Part shown: one piece after another, positions 20,212 to 30,070 of the stretch
How the letters are laid out: every line of letters begins with the position of its first letter
Position numbering within the stretch: the stretch's first letter is position 1
Assembly: GCA_038821645.1 (NCBI GenBank)
Contig: JAWBDT010000004.1
Location: forward strand, 32,001-96,000
Direction: 5' to 3'
DNA from: Ignisphaera sp.
GTDB taxonomy: Archaea; Thermoproteota; Thermoprotei_A; Sulfolobales; Ignisphaeraceae
DNA length: 64,000 bases
Notes under the pieces: model-generated
The model's input: only the letters and a program-made list of their open reading frames with translations
Database searches by the model: none
What the model was told of the DNA's origin: nothing
Made by a program: the position numbers and the translations under genes

Positions 20212-21769
20212 CTTTAACCCTTACAAGTATAGGTCTTCTTAACGGATTTCCAAGACCTGTGAAGAAGAATTCTCTACTTTCTAGTGTAGGAAGTGTGTAT
20301 TCGATGTATTGTACATTTTCTAACCAGTTCTTGAGTTCTGCATAATCTCCAGATGATTGTAGTCTTGAGAAGAATACTGTATTTATGTTTCCACGTATCT
20401 CTGGAGCCAAGTCTATAACTCTTTGTGAAGAAAGTATGAGGCCAAATCCCCATTTTCTTCCTTCTCTAGCCACTCTAGCTATTATCCCTTTAGCTGGTTC
20501 ACATCCATAGGTACAACAGTAGTTGTGTGCTTCATCTATTACAGCAATTATCTCGTTATCTCTATGGAGCTTGTCGCTAACGATTCTATCCCATATGTAT
20601 TTCATAAACTGATACACAATATTCTTTTTCGCTATATATTCCATCTCTGAAGATAGATCAACTATAACTACTTTTTTCCTAGATGAGAAAAGTCTAGATA
20701 CAATTTCTTCTACATCAATAGTCCTACTATTTAGATATGTCTCGAAGAACTTCTTACCAACTCTAGTAGTAAGTAGCAACTTTATTTTCTCTATGGTATA
20801 TTCCTTGCCTCCCATAGATCTTATATAGCTATATAGGCTCTCTAGATACTCGCTAAAACTCCATGTAAATCTACCTTCTCTTGATAAATGTTTGTATATT
20901 GGTATCAATGTCTCTGAATCGTATCTAGAGGTATGTGAGGATATGTAGTTCTGTCTTCTGCCATTCTCTTGGATAGCCACTCTATTTTGCTTCTCTACTA
21001 CTCTCCTTATGTACTCAACAATAGAACCATAGATATAATCTCCATGATACTCAGATATCCCTAAATCCTCAAGTAGTATTTGTGCTACAACATCTGGATC
21101 TAGTATTACTCTAGATGCATCTACAACCTCTATACTGTTGATGCTCCATCTCGATTTATCTACATAGTCGATACCTGTATGATCGAATACAATAACGCTA
21201 TAGTTGGTTACCTTAATGATCTCTTCAATAATTCCTTTAACAAGTCTCGATTTACCTGTACCCGTAGCTCCTAAAACAGCTATATGATATCTTAAAGAAC
21301 TAGGATTGAGGTGTATTGCCATAGATGAAAACTTGTGTATCCCTACTAGAAGACCATTTTCAATCTTGAGTATGCTGCGAAGTGCTTCACCATCAATAAC
21401 AACATAAACATAGCTACCTGGGCGAGGTATAGATAGATTTTGCTCAATACCTCTACACGTGATCTCCCCTATTATCTCTAAATAATTCATCATCATTGGT
21501 GCAGAATACGTATGTGTTTTCTCTGGTTCAAAAGATGATGGTAGAGTTGAGGCATCGAGAGCTAGATCTTTCTTTACTGAACTCTTGAAGATCCCTAGAT
21601 ACCTCTTAGCTTCAGTAACATCATCAATTATTCCTAGCATTTCATCGCGAACAAAATCTATAGAATCTCTAGATATCCTCACTGGAACTAGCGAGGCTCT
21701 AGAGCCTGATACAACAGTACCGATTAATCTGCAGAAATCCTTAGGCCGCCAATCCATACATTTTTCCAC
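20201..21769 (-). CDS. HerA/FtsK-family ATPase
   Basis: N-terminal HAS-barrel-like region, HIAVLGATGTGKS, IDEAH, REGRKWG, SSQR. Confidence 0.88.
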   Translation of the reverse strand: MEKCMDWRPKDFCRLIGTVVSGSRASLVPVRISRDSIDFVRDEMLGIIDDVTEAKRYLGIFKSSVKKDLALDASTLPSSFEPEKTHTYSAPMMMNYLEIIGEITCRGIEQNLSIPRPGSYVYVVIDGEALRSILKIENGLLVGIHKFSSMAIHLNPSSLRYHIAVLGATGTGKSRLVKGIIEEIIKVTNYSVIVFDHTGIDYVDKSRWSINSIEVVDASRVILDPDVVAQILLEDLGISEYHGDYIYGSIVEYIRRVVEKQNRVAIQENGRRQNYISSHTSRYDSETLIPIYKHLSREGRFTWSFSEYLESLYSYIRSMGGKEYTIEKIKLLLTTRVGKKFFETYLNSRTIDVEEIVSRLFSSRKKVVIVDLSSEMEYIAKKNIVYQFMKYIWDRIVSDKLHRDNEIIAVIDEAHNYCCTYGCEPAKGIIARVAREGRKWGFGLILSSQRVIDLAPEIRGNINTVFFSRLQSSGDYAELKNWLENVQYIEYTLPTLESREFFFTGLGNPLRRPILVRVKDVS

Positions 21770-21840
21770 ATTGCCACCTCGGATCTATTGTAGAGTTTGT
21801 GAACGATATAAGTACAGAGAGTTTGACAAAACTATTTAGA

Positions 21841-21860
21841 TACCCAAGAGCTCTTGGATA
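21841..21860. promoter_or_regulatory. Palindromic candidate operator upstream of herA-like gene
   Basis: Perfect 14-bp palindrome CCAAGAGCTCTTGG at 21844-21857, about 75 bp upstream of the herA start. Confidence 0.35.
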
Positions 21861-22233
21861 AGAAGTCCTAAGCATAATATTGATGAAAGTAACTCGGAGA
21901 AGCAATAAGCTGTAGTTGTGGTAAAGATAATGCTGTAAACTAGAGTGTTTTGGATAGATATATCAGTATAGAGAAATAAATTCTCTAAGATATGAAACAT
22001 CATGTATTGTAAAAAGAAAAAGAATAAGAAGATACATAAATAGGTTTGTGAGATATTTGATATATATTATAATGAGGATGAATTCACTAAAGTAGAGATT
22101 ATGTAGAGAAAATCTAGCATCTAGCGTTAGTACTGATTCATAGATCTGGAGATACATTAAGTTCTGTACTTAACATCTTTGAATAACGAAGTATTCACCA
22201 TATTTATACTCTGCTTCTATATGGGTATAGAAT

Positions 22234-22347
22234 ATGTATATATGCAGAAGATGTGGAAGAATATTCAGAAGTAGAAGAGCATACATAATGCATTTGATTA
22301 TGGGTATAGAGGGAGGTTCTGGTATTAGTAAGAGGAAAAAGAAGTAG
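22234..22347 (+). CDS. Zinc-finger-like microprotein (37 aa)
   Basis: MYICRRCGRIFRSRRAYIMHLIMGIEGGSGISKRKKK: C-x2-C-x3-F-x8-H pattern; below the ORF-track cutoff. Confidence 0.6.
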   Translation: MYICRRCGRIFRSRRAYIMHLIMGIEGGSGISKRKKK

Positions 22348-22387
22348 AGTCATTGAAACGATTTCTATCAATTGAAAATATCTAGAT

Positions 22388-22442
22388 TGTCAGTGATCGA
22401 GGGCTACATCATGGATTCAGGCAAACCCCATCTTCATCATTG
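22388..22442 (-). ncRNA. Box C/D guide sRNA
   Basis: Minus strand ATGATGA-agatggggtttgc-CTGA-atcc-ATGATGT-agccctcgatca-CTGA. Confidence 0.88.
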
Positions 22443-22646
22443 AAGGATCTCCTGGATATACACTCTTATTAAGGTTATGTTTAGTAAAATTTTTAAGTCG
22501 TAGCTATAGCATGACTTGGATCAGAGGTGGTTTTGTTGAGCCAATGGAGATAAACTGTATAGATGTAGATGCAGCAATATGCATGTTCTCTATAGAGCTT
22601 CTATTCGGTAAAGCAGATGTAATGAATATTCCTAAAGGTGATTCTA

Positions 22647-23954
22647 ATGCCTGACAGCTGGATCTGGAATCCTTCAATAGAGTGTATGAATAAAAATGAT
22701 TTAGCTGAGCTTCAGCTAAAGAGATTAAAGATGCAGGTTCATCGTCTATTCAGTACAGTTGGATACTATCGTAGGAAGATGAAGGAGTTGGGTGTTTCTC
22801 CAGATGATATAAAGTCTCTCGACGATTTAAAGAAGCTACCATTTACAACAAAAGATGATCTAAGACAACTACAACCTTTTGACCATATGGTTGTGTCTCT
22901 AGAAGAAGTTGTAGAAGTTCATGGAACTTCTGGAACAACTGGTGAACCAGTATTTATGTACTATACAGCTCGCGATATAGAGAACTGGAGCGAAGTAATG
23001 GCTAGGTCTCTAGCTTCAGCAGGTTTAACCAAAAAAGATATACTACAGATAACACCAAGCTTTAGCCTCTTCACAGGAGGTTTTGGATTCTTCTACGGAG
23101 CTAGAAAGATAGGTGCATTCATAATTCCAACAGGTCCTGGATTTTCACGTAGACAAATATATGTTATGATGAAGCTCGGCACAACAATGATTGCAGGTGT
23201 AGCTAATTATGCTCTTAGGCTTGCTGAAGTTGCATATGAAATGGGTATAGATCCTGCAAAAGACACAAAAGTAAGAAAAGGTGTTTTTGGTGCAGAAATG
23301 TGGAGTGATAGTCTTAGGAAAAAGATAGAGAAGATATGGGATATGGAGACATTTGATATATATGGTATGGCTGAGCTCTACGGACCTGGTACAGCTATTG
23401 ATTGTCAATACCATTCAGGTCTTCATGTTTGGGAGGATCATTACTTGATTGAGGTTATTGATCCTAAAACAGGTGAACCTTTAGAACCAGAAGAAAAAGG
23501 AGAACTAGTGGTAACAACATTAACTAAAGATGCAGTACCATTGATAAGATATAGAACAAGAGATATAACAAGAATACTAGACACAAAAACATGTAGCTGT
23601 GGAAGAACACATATAAAAATAGATAGAATACAAGGAAGAACAGACGACATGTTCATAATAAACGGAGTAAACATATGGCCATCAGCAATAGAAACTGTAC
23701 TATTTAAGTATCCTCTCATAGGTAATGAATATCAGATAATTGTTAAGAAAACTAATGGTGGCGATAAATTGTTGATAAAGGTTGAGTCTATTAGAAATCT
23801 TACAGAGCAAGAAAAAGAGGTGTTAAGTAAAAAGCTTCAGTACGAAATTAAGGAAACAATACTAGTTACACCAGATATCGAGATTGTAGATCCAAATACC
23901 TTACCCAGAAGTGAGGGTAAGGCTAAAAGACTCTACATAATTGAAGAAAGCTAG
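22647..23954 (+). CDS. paaK: Phenylacetate-CoA ligase family (paralogue 1)
   Basis: HGTSGTTG, YGMAE, IRYRTRD, GRTDDM motifs; GGTGA RBS before ATG 22647. Confidence 0.9.
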   Translation: MPDSWIWNPSIECMNKNDLAELQLKRLKMQVHRLFSTVGYYRRKMKELGVSPDDIKSLDDLKKLPFTTKDDLRQLQPFDHMVVSLEEVVEVHGTSGTTGEPVFMYYTARDIENWSEVMARSLASAGLTKKDILQITPSFSLFTGGFGFFYGARKIGAFIIPTGPGFSRRQIYVMMKLGTTMIAGVANYALRLAEVAYEMGIDPAKDTKVRKGVFGAEMWSDSLRKKIEKIWDMETFDIYGMAELYGPGTAIDCQYHSGLHVWEDHYLIEVIDPKTGEPLEPEEKGELVVTTLTKDAVPLIRYRTRDITRILDTKTCSCGRTHIKIDRIQGRTDDMFIINGVNIWPSAIETVLFKYPLIGNEYQIIVKKTNGGDKLLIKVESIRNLTEQEKEVLSKKLQYEIKETILVTPDIEIVDPNTLPRSEGKAKRLYIIEES

Positions 23955-23987
23955 CATTAGAAATGCATTCAATCATTTGTATGATAG

Positions 23988-24599
23988 CTATAGAGATATA
24001 CAGTTACTTATATAATTTTTTCTATTGAGTTTTTCTAGAGCTTGTCTATATCCTGCAGTTAATGCAAATCTATTTGTTTTACCCAAGATATGCTCAACAA
24101 CATCTTCAACAATCTCTATTGGTATTATGCTCGATATCTCTTGAAAAGCTAAAAGTGCTCCAAGCATGATCATGTTAATTGTTCTTGTATCACCTATCTC
24201 ATTGATGATATCTTGTGTATCTATAGTTAAAATATTTATTGGTGATTTAGAGAGAACATCTAGTATCTGTTTTTTTGTAGGTATATTCTCTACACCTGGT
24301 GGAGGTAGATATAGATCGCTTAAGATCATCCAGCCGCATTTCTTGAGATAACGAATAGCTCTAAGAGCCTCAATCATTTCGAGAGCAACAACATAATCTG
24401 CTGATGCTATAGGTATGAGTGGAGCCTCTATATCGCCTATCCTAACAAAAACCTCTACTGATCCTCCTCTCTGTGCCATTCCATGGGTTTCAGCAATCTT
24501 AATGTTTACACCTAGCTTAGTACATGCATCACCTATAACAATACCCATAGTTATTATTCCTTGTCCACCTACTCCAGATAATACGATATCTATCTTCAT
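23988..24599 (-). CDS. iorB: Indolepyruvate:ferredoxin oxidoreductase beta subunit
   Basis: GVGGQG, ETHGMAQRGGSV motifs. Confidence 0.93.
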   Translation of the reverse strand: MKIDIVLSGVGGQGIITMGIVIGDACTKLGVNIKIAETHGMAQRGGSVEVFVRIGDIEAPLIPIASADYVVALEMIEALRAIRYLKKCGWMILSDLYLPPPGVENIPTKKQILDVLSKSPINILTIDTQDIINEIGDTRTINMIMLGALLAFQEISSIIPIEIVEDVVEHILGKTNRFALTAGYRQALEKLNRKNYISNCISL

Positions 24600-26452
24600 T
24601 CCTTCTTCACCATAGCTTTAACAGGACATATCTGTGCACATATGCCACATCCACGACATAGAGATTCAACTATATATGGTTTAGTATCTCCTAAAACAAT
24701 AGCTGGACAAGCAAGCGATTTTACACACAATAGACATCCAATGCATTTATTTGAATCTATAGTATAGCGATTCTTTATGAGACCTAACCGTAGTGCAAGT
24801 AATGAACATATTCTTCTTGAAACTAGTAAAGCTACACCTCCATCCATGACAATTCTAAGACCTTTCACTAGAGTTTCTATAGCTTTGGTTATATCGTATG
24901 GATCGAATACATCAACATAGTCTACACCAGTAGCTTTAGCTATTTCCTCTATACTGATTTTTCTTCCCTGAAGACCTCTAGCAGTTACACCTGTACCTGG
25001 ATGAGGTTGAAAACCAGTCATAGCTGTTGTCTCGTTATCTAGAACTAATATAAGCATTGGGGATCTATTGTACACAGCATTTATCATAGGTGCTACACCT
25101 GCATGAAAGAATGTAGAATCTCCAAGTATTGCTACAACAGGTCTATCTCTAACGGTATGGGAAAACCCATTGGCTAGACCTATACTTCCACCCATATTTA
25201 TTATTGTGTCTTGCATTCTATATGGAGGTGCTATTCCTAGGCTATAGCATCCTATGTCTCCAGTATAAATGGGGTCTACACCAAGTTTTCTAGAGGCAAG
25301 TTTTAAAGCATAGAATGTAGCTCTATGAGGACAACCAGGACAGAGTACTGGAGGTCTAGGTGGAATCTCAATGTGTATCTCGATGGGTTTCGGTGGACTC
25401 CATTCGAGACCGCATAGCTTAGCTATAGCTTGAGCTACTCTATCTATTGTTAACTCACCTATCCTACCGATTAGATCTTCTCCGTGAATCTCCACATGGA
25501 TATCCATATCGAACAATATGTTCTTCAGCTGCATCTCGACTATAGGATCTGTCTCTTCCACCACTAGAATCTTCTCAACACCTTCAACAGCTTTTGCAAC
25601 CAGCTTATTTGGTAGAGGTACAGGTGTTGAAATCTTCAGAATCCTTGCCTTTACTTTAAGAAGCTTCAATGCGTCTCTTGAGTAAGCATAACCTACACCA
25701 GAAGCAACAACAAGAAGTTTTCCATCACCTTCAATTCTATTGTATTGAATATCAGCTAACACCTCGGCAAGCTCTCTCCATTTCCTAACCAACTCTATCT
25801 TCATCTTTCTTGCATGAGCTGGTATTACAGCCCATCTCTCTGGTTCTCGTGGAAATGATCCTGAAACTCGAGGAGTTCTTAGAGAGCCAAGTTTTACTGG
25901 AGCTCTAGTGTGGCTGACTCTAGTTACAGATCTAAGAATAAATGGATGAAGAAACTTTTCCGAAAGCTCTAGACCTAGATACGTAAGCTCTTTAGCTTCT
26001 TGAGGATCAGAAGGCTCTAGAACAGGTATATATGCATGAAGACCATACCATCTATTGTCTTGCTCATTTTGACTACTATGCATATAAGGATCATCAGCTG
26101 AAACTATCAGAAAACCAGCTTTAACCCCAGTATATGCGCTAGACATAAGAGGATCAGAAGCTACATTAAGACCTACGTGTTTCATAGCTGTTAAACTTGG
26201 GACACCACTCATAGCAGCAGCATACGCTAACTCAAAAGCTGTTTTCTCATTTATGCTCCACTCAACATAGATACCCAACTCATTAGCTACTTCAGCAAGA
26301 GTACCTATAATTTCACTTGATGGTGTACCTGGATATGCTGCAGCTACACCTATGCCATACTCTATAGCACCTCTAGCTATAGCCTCATTACCTAGAAGAA
26401 AAACAGTAGTGCCAGACTCACCTAAAATCCTATGGACATGTTTAGCCATCAA
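24596..26452 (-). CDS. iorA: Indolepyruvate:ferredoxin oxidoreductase alpha subunit
   Basis: YPGTPSSE, MKHVGLN, RPPVLCPGCPH, GDIGCY, GDSTFFH, C-terminal 2x[4Fe-4S] motifs. Confidence 0.95.
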   Translation of the reverse strand: MMAKHVHRILGESGTTVFLLGNEAIARGAIEYGIGVAAAYPGTPSSEIIGTLAEVANELGIYVEWSINEKTAFELAYAAAMSGVPSLTAMKHVGLNVASDPLMSSAYTGVKAGFLIVSADDPYMHSSQNEQDNRWYGLHAYIPVLEPSDPQEAKELTYLGLELSEKFLHPFILRSVTRVSHTRAPVKLGSLRTPRVSGSFPREPERWAVIPAHARKMKIELVRKWRELAEVLADIQYNRIEGDGKLLVVASGVGYAYSRDALKLLKVKARILKISTPVPLPNKLVAKAVEGVEKILVVEETDPIVEMQLKNILFDMDIHVEIHGEDLIGRIGELTIDRVAQAIAKLCGLEWSPPKPIEIHIEIPPRPPVLCPGCPHRATFYALKLASRKLGVDPIYTGDIGCYSLGIAPPYRMQDTIINMGGSIGLANGFSHTVRDRPVVAILGDSTFFHAGVAPMINAVYNRSPMLILVLDNETTAMTGFQPHPGTGVTARGLQGRKISIEEIAKATGVDYVDVFDPYDITKAIETLVKGLRIVMDGGVALLVSRRICSLLALRLGLIKNRYTIDSNKCIGCLLCVKSLACPAIVLGDTKPYIVESLCRGCGICAQICPVKAMVKKE

Positions 26453-27753
26453 ATAGACCTCTTATCTATAACAACCTTGGGCTTTCCATCAAATCTAGGT
26501 AGAGAACCAGGCTCAACAATCCTAACTATAGGTGTAACTATTATTGTTTCCCTCAAATCTCTCTGAAGCTTTTTCTCTAAAGCTTCTCTCTCACTATCGC
26601 TCAACTTCTTTATAGCTTCTACAATCACAGTCATTTTATCTAGAGCATCTTCTCTTTCAAGAACTATTTGGTAAAATGGTGCGATCATTGGCTCTCTCAA
26701 AATGACTTCCTCTATTGCTGATGGCCATATGTTTACTCCGTTTATTATGAACATGTCGTCTGTTCTTCCTTGTATTCTATCTATTTTTATATGTGTTCTT
26801 CCACAGCTACATGTTTTTGTGTCTAGTATTCTTGTTATATCTCTTGTTCTATATCTTATCAATGGTACTGCATCTTTAGTTAATGTTGTTACCACTAGTT
26901 CTCCTTTTTCTTCTGGTTCTAAAGGTTCACCTGTTTTAGGATCAATAACCTCAATCAAGTAATGATCCTCCCAAACATGAAGACCTGATTTAAATAGACA
27001 TTCACATGCAACTCCAGGTCCATAGAGTTCACTCATACCATACATATCATAGGCATCCATTTCCCAAACCTTCTCTATTCTTGCTCTCATTTCTTCACTC
27101 CAAGGAGCTGCACCAAACATTCCTTTTCTTACTTTTGTGTCTTTTGCAGGATCTATACCCATTTCATATGCAACTTCAGCAAGCCTAAGAGCGTAGTTCG
27201 GTACAGAAGTGAGCATGGTTACTCCTAGATCCTTTATCATCATTATTTGGCGTTGCGAATAACCTACACCTGCTGGTATAGCTGTAGCACCAATCTTTAT
27301 AGCGCCATAGTGAAAACCTAGTCCTCCAGTAAACATATGGTAGTTGTATGCTATAAACACAACATCGTGTTTCGTTACATTTATAGCCGTTAAACTTCTA
27401 GCCATCAAATCACTCCAATTCTCTAAATCTTTTCTTGTGTAGAATGAGAGTGTAGGCTTACCTGTCGTTCCACTACTTCCATGAACTTCAACAACCTCAG
27501 ATAAATCAACCATCAATATACCGTAAGGATAGTTCTCTCTTAGATCATCTTTTGTTGTAAATGGTAGCTTCTTTAAATCGTCGAGAGACTTTATATCATC
27601 TGGAGAAACACCCAACTCCTTCATCTTCCTACGATAGTAGTAACTTCCTTCATACATTCTAATTAACTGGTTCTTCAATCTCTTTAGCTGTAGTTCTTTT
27701 AGGTCACTACGCTGGATACGTTCTAGACTAGGGTTCCACATAGGGATATCCAT
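26449..27753 (-). CDS. paaK: Phenylacetate-CoA ligase family (paralogue 2)
   Basis: HGSSGTTGKP, YGMSE, IRYRTRD motifs; first gene of paaK-iorA-iorB operon. Confidence 0.9.
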   Translation of the reverse strand: MDIPMWNPSLERIQRSDLKELQLKRLKNQLIRMYEGSYYYRRKMKELGVSPDDIKSLDDLKKLPFTTKDDLRENYPYGILMVDLSEVVEVHGSSGTTGKPTLSFYTRKDLENWSDLMARSLTAINVTKHDVVFIAYNYHMFTGGLGFHYGAIKIGATAIPAGVGYSQRQIMMIKDLGVTMLTSVPNYALRLAEVAYEMGIDPAKDTKVRKGMFGAAPWSEEMRARIEKVWEMDAYDMYGMSELYGPGVACECLFKSGLHVWEDHYLIEVIDPKTGEPLEPEEKGELVVTTLTKDAVPLIRYRTRDITRILDTKTCSCGRTHIKIDRIQGRTDDMFIINGVNIWPSAIEEVILREPMIAPFYQIVLEREDALDKMTVIVEAIKKLSDSEREALEKKLQRDLRETIIVTPIVRIVEPGSLPRFDGKPKVVIDKRSI

Positions 27754-28114
27754 ATAGAATCACCTTTAAGAGAAGAGATCTATATAGAATTCAGCAAATG
27801 TGACACATATGTGGTGAAACTCTCTAGAGGAGGTTTCAATTTTTTTCTTCAACACAACTTTTGTTGATTTACTTTCGTGTAATTCATTTATATTTGTTCT
27901 TATTTGAACAATAATTAACACCAAAAACTTACATTATGTTTAAAGGGGTTTAAAAGGTTTATTTCTGTAAACACTTGTTGATTAAGAATATTATATCACA
28001 AATAATCTGCATAAGGTCAAGAAATTGATATATTTAGCGATACAAAATTTTGCAAACTTAAGAAGTAGCTACATAGTCATATACTTTAACAACTCTAAAA
28101 GTATTCATCTTCAG

Positions 28115-29491
28115 CTATGAGGTTTCATCTATACTGCATAAATAGTTAGATATTTCCTCTAAACATTCATCTACTTCATTGTTATCGAGTATAAAGGACT
28201 TCATTCCTCTCCTCCATATGTAGAGTTTATAGTTTTGTTTGTTCTCTGTAGAAATAAACTTCATAACTATATCGGATAGAACTGAAAATATGTTGCTTAA
28301 TTCATCATTGATTTTAGATGCAATTCTAACAACAATCTTGTGTTTTTGTTTAAGTATATTTATTTGATTGTATAGAGATGAGATATAAACTGGATTACGA
28401 TACTCAATAATAGCTGGTATCTCTACAGAATGAAATATAATAACATCGGCTGCAGCTTCATCTATTAGGCTATACTCTTTAGCGAGACCTTCTGAAATAC
28501 TGTAGGCATATGGATTCATGCTCTTGAGAATAACGTTCTTTTGTAAGATGGTCTTCACTTTATCTACATTACTACAAAATCTCCTAAAAACTCTTAGCAG
28601 TAGTTCAGTCATTGTTTCAGGAGAGTAGAGGTAGCTTATGATCAAGGTTTTTAGGTTGTTTCTAAAAGCAATTCCAAGTATGAGTGGTGCCGCTTCTACA
28701 GCTCTTAGATCTGCTGGATACTCAATATATATGCTATGTCCCCTATGTATATGGTCTAGAGTTTCTTTAAGTGATCTACAGGGAGGCTCGAGTTCTACTC
28801 CTGGTCTACCTACTTCAGAAAGTATGGGAGGTACAAATACCTTTACTCCATCACTTGACGATATTGTGTAAGGTATTTCTGCTAAAGTTATGGGTACTCC
28901 TCTAGCTTTTCTAACCTCTATATATCTAGTGAGTAAGCCTCGCTCAATTCTGTGTTTAAGAATTAGAACAGCATCTGCTACAAACTCTATAGAGCCAATA
29001 TCAACTCTTTCTATATCTATAGGAAGTTCAGCAACAAGGATAGTAACACCTTTTATTATATCAGGAATAGCATAGAAATAGTTCTGTAGCCATGCTCTTC
29101 TATCAGGAGATTCTACAACCTGTAGCAAAGTATTTATAGAGTCTATTACAACAATTTTCGGATTCCAACTAGATATAGCTTTGTTAATAGATTCTACAGC
29201 TTCTTCAACATTCTTTATAATAGGTATTCTGATAAATATGTATAAACCTTTCTTTTCAAGGTCATAGAAATTCATACCAAGATTCTTCATAACTCTGTAA
29301 AGTTTTTCCTTAGTCTCTTGAAAAGATACATATAAACATCTGTATCCTCTTAATGCGTTTGAGTAGCATATTGTTGATGCAAGTGTTGTTTTACCTGAAC
29401 CAGGATGACCAGCAATAACAACCATAGAACCAGGGTAAAGTAGCTCTGGGAGAAGTTTATCAAGTTCATCAATACCTATCGAAAAGTGCAT
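28115..29491 (-). CDS. KaiC/RAD55-like RecA-superfamily ATPase, two domains, second degenerate
   Basis: GIDELD, GHPGSGKTT, VVIDSI, VRKARG; second repeat lacks Walker A. Confidence 0.85.
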   Translation of the reverse strand: MHFSIGIDELDKLLPELLYPGSMVVIAGHPGSGKTTLASTICYSNALRGYRCLYVSFQETKEKLYRVMKNLGMNFYDLEKKGLYIFIRIPIIKNVEEAVESINKAISSWNPKIVVIDSINTLLQVVESPDRRAWLQNYFYAIPDIIKGVTILVAELPIDIERVDIGSIEFVADAVLILKHRIERGLLTRYIEVRKARGVPITLAEIPYTISSSDGVKVFVPPILSEVGRPGVELEPPCRSLKETLDHIHRGHSIYIEYPADLRAVEAAPLILGIAFRNNLKTLIISYLYSPETMTELLLRVFRRFCSNVDKVKTILQKNVILKSMNPYAYSISEGLAKEYSLIDEAAADVIIFHSVEIPAIIEYRNPVYISSLYNQINILKQKHKIVVRIASKINDELSNIFSVLSDIVMKFISTENKQNYKLYIWRRGMKSFILDNNEVDECLEEISNYLCSIDETS

Positions 29492-29815
29492 ATCGCTTAA
29501 CCTTTTAGCTCTAAAAGAGAAGTTAGTGGTATTAGACCATTTAAATCTATATCATGGTAAATAGATACGACATTGGAAAAACAATAATTATCAAGACTCA
29601 ACATAAATCTGTAACAAATGTTTAACCTAGTGTATAAACCTATTGATGCTCTGTTTCTGTATAAGCAGAATAAATAGTCTGTATCAGTAAAACTTAAGAA
29701 ACTCTCTGATAGCTAAAGTGAAAACAGCTACAATACGCAATTGATGTATAATCACCTAATATAATTGAATAAAAAGTATTCATAAATTAAAGACAGATCT
29801 ACACTATTAAACAGT

Positions 29816-29893
29816 TCAGCTACTTTTCTGCCTCCTACCACACCCTCTTCTACTCTTTTTTGTTTCCTCTTTCTTTTCTACATCTCCACTCAT
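29816..29893 (-). CDS. Charged microprotein (25 aa)
   Basis: MSGDVEKKEETKKSRRGCGRRQKSS; GGTGA RBS at 29903-07; strongly purine-rich coding strand. Confidence 0.55.
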   Translation of the reverse strand: MSGDVEKKEETKKSRRGCGRRQKSS

Positions 29894-30070
29894 GTTTACA
29901 AATCACCAAGATAATGATTAATGTGTTAAACTATATAAGCTGAGAGGTCTAAGTACAGTTAATTAGTTTATGGGAAACGGTTGCAGTAATCTATATATAA
30001 CTATAGTAACAGTCTGGTTTAGAGTGCTACATAGCCATCAACACAACAATAAGTACTCTGGTGTATAGCA

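Larger units (their letters stand above)
22764..27639. repeat. Three identical inverted blocks shared by the two paaK paralogues
   Basis: 22764-22865 = revcomp 27538-27639 (102 bp); 23211-23281 = revcomp 27122-27192 (71 bp); 23415-23692 = revcomp 26711-26988 (278 bp), compared by eye. Confidence 0.9.
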
